Below are positions 62,100 to 64,000 of a DNA stretch of 64,000 nt, piece after piece. The notes beneath the pieces are model-generated. The model ran no database searches. It saw only the letters and a program-made list of their open reading frames with translations, and was not told where the DNA came from. This DNA comes from Raillietiella orientalis (lineage: Eukaryota). A program made the position numbers and the translations under genes. Location of the stretch: assembly GCA_036172245.1 (NCBI GenBank), contig JAYWIR010000005.1:5642001-5706000 (forward strand). Direction: 5' to 3'. The number at the start of each line of letters is the position of its first letter. Within the stretch, counting starts at the first letter, position 1.

Positions 62100-63400
62100 A
62101 GCGTTCCTTCATACCATTACGAGAAAATGCGCTTATATGATGAGCATAATGCACACAGATGTAAATAACACTTTCCCTTTGCCTCGAAGCAGCCAAGGGC
62201 ATCTCTAATTGTGCTAATAGTAAATCACTCAAACGAGATTCGATTTGGTCATAAAGTTCCTCTCGTTTTTAATTTTCAGGAAGATTCCTCAAAGTTTCTC
62301 AAGGCAGCAGCAAATGGGAAGCAGCAGCAATTTCCGTTGCCTTTAGCATGCTGCTCGTGTTCTGAATCAGTGGTCCGGCGGCTCGGATCTGTGCTTGAAA
62401 CCCCCCAGAATGATGCACTCGGCTCCGAGAATGAGTAGGGAAACACCCCTTCAGTCCCTTTCTGGCACTCCCATTCCAACGTGTCCCGGGTTCGCTCCGT
62501 CGACCACGTTTGAGTACTTCTTCGGATGCATCCTCTGTCCTGCGTGTGGGATCTCACGACCGACCCGTTCCGTGTCCGAATCAAAGGCAGGAGCATAATC
62601 CCAGAACCCGGAGAAGAAAGCTTCGGTTCGACCATTTGAGGTCGTGAATCGTCACAGTCGTACAGCATGAGCGTTCCTAAACAAGAAATTGGAAACCCAT
62701 TCTTCGTTACTATAATAAGGGTAGTTGCTGCTTTTGAGCCGACCGCAACATATAAAAGCAATCATCGTGTCGCATTTCTCAAGAACTAATCAACAAAAGA
62801 CAATGAGCTCTTGCTTTTTACGTTATCAACATGGAGAATTATTACTATTATTATGTTCACATTAGGAATACTTGAGCTAACCCACTGTTACAGGCTATTT
62901 TGCTCCTGCTTTCAAGCATCACCAAAAGCCTTTCATTGTTGACAGAAACTGGAAAGCAAGGGGTAAGGATTAATTTACAATGTCCAACAAGCCATCTGTG
63001 GAAGCAGCAGCTCTCAGCAATTAACAGAGCATCCACTAAAGAAGAATGCTCACACGAGTAATAAAGTCGATCCGGGTAGCAGAATGCGAGCGAAAGCAAG
63101 GAACGACTGGAACAGGGGAACGCCGAATTCCCATCCTTCGGAAGAGGACACGCGCGTTTCACAAACAGCCAATGAAACAAATTGCACAACCAGTATCACG
63201 GGAAGCAGGAATAAGAAGAAGAAGAAAAAAGCAAATGAGTGTCTTCCAAGACCGAGTCTGCGTGGAAGCTTGAGGAAAACTACGCGAATTTTTCATCCCA
63301 AATTTCCTGGAAATTCGCAGCTTCAGGACCTGCACGGATGCCATCCTCGAGAGCAACAGCAGCGGAGTGCAGCAGAACAATGAAACAACTTCAAGGTTCT
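62100..63400 (-). mobile_element. Polinton major capsid protein (PY-type) pseudogene
   Basis: Ordered remnants: TLKLF..RGWHP, LEDTHLL, CNLFHWLF (63163-63186), LYYSCEH, LLPLIRT, KGTEGVFPYSF, GNG..RGTL, QLEMPLA...HISAFSRN. Confidence 0.6.
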
Positions 63401-63549
63401 CTTTTGTTCCACTCTTCTCGTGGTGCAGCAGATCGGATTACTCTGTCTATTAACAGAGGAGCACTTGGCACAGAATCTGGCCAAAATTAACCCACTCTTG
63501 TAATGAAGTCCTGTTTGTTGACAAACAGATCACTTACATTTCTCGAATA

Positions 63550-63850
63550 CCATCCTTTCTAGTGCCATATCCTTGCGCAAACTCCAGGAATGGGTGACCC
63601 TGCATTCGCAACCGTCGGCAACGCCATCTATGCACTTAGCGGTAAACTGCGCTTAGGCCTGCACTCATGAATGCCCCATGCCTCATTGCTCAAGTACTTG
63701 AAGGAGCTCTGTATAGGTACAGTATGCTAAAAGGAAAAGAAAAAAAAAACCTCGTTTCTTCTTTTAATTCAAAATCGTTCCTGAAAAGACCGCATTAAGC
63801 GCTGTACATCGAAGATCCATCTTGAATTTGAGATGTTTCTCAATAGATGC
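63550..63850 (-). mobile_element. Possible Polinton small core-protein (QxGxG-type) remnant
   Basis: QDGSS/AVFSG..KRGFFF and QGHPFLEFAQ, located directly upstream of the capsid remnant. Confidence 0.25.
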
Positions 63851-64000
63851 CATGCAAATTGATTTCCGGATGGCTCCTCGCTGTTCAACACATTTCTGGT
63901 GCTTGGAAGAACTCTTGTGAGAATGAGCAGGAAAAAGATGAGATCCTATGCAGTTCTGAAAATTCAAGTTTGACGGCACAGTTTCTCTTCCAGCCGACTT

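Noticed and set aside
63099..63122. Plus-strand GTTGTGE Walker A-like motif
   Set aside because: The opposite strand gives a longer ordered series of Polinton capsid motifs, so the match is probably coincidental.

Overview
This is repeat-rich eukaryotic DNA, probably from an arthropod. The decayed LRR and P-loop families suggest a crustacean or ostracod, but that is inference only. I see no intact protein-coding gene, rRNA, tRNA or CRISPR array; the window is mostly decayed mobile elements and pseudogenes. Best-supported content: (1) R2-superfamily (RLE-type) non-LTR retrotransposons, including a Utopia/NeSL-like copy at 32392-33898 flanked by a 68-bp direct repeat, two decayed relatives and a HERO-like remnant; (2) many L1/Tx1-like LINE fragments, several sharing a 3' poly(A)-signal plus hairpin terminus; (3) a three-copy, ~850-bp tRNA-headed SINE-like element whose body is an array of covarying RNA hairpins; (4) two near-identical local inverted duplications (391 and 784 bp); (5) a decayed Polinton/Maverick module (pPolB, adenain-like protease, major capsid) at the right end; (6) three remnants of a tyrosine-recombinase-like gene; (7) a cluster of dead NERD-like/SF1-helicase-like genes with caspase-, death-domain- and LRR-like fragments. 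Protein calls on decayed regions come from motifs recognised by eye across frameshifts and need HMM confirmation. Boundaries of decayed features are approximate.
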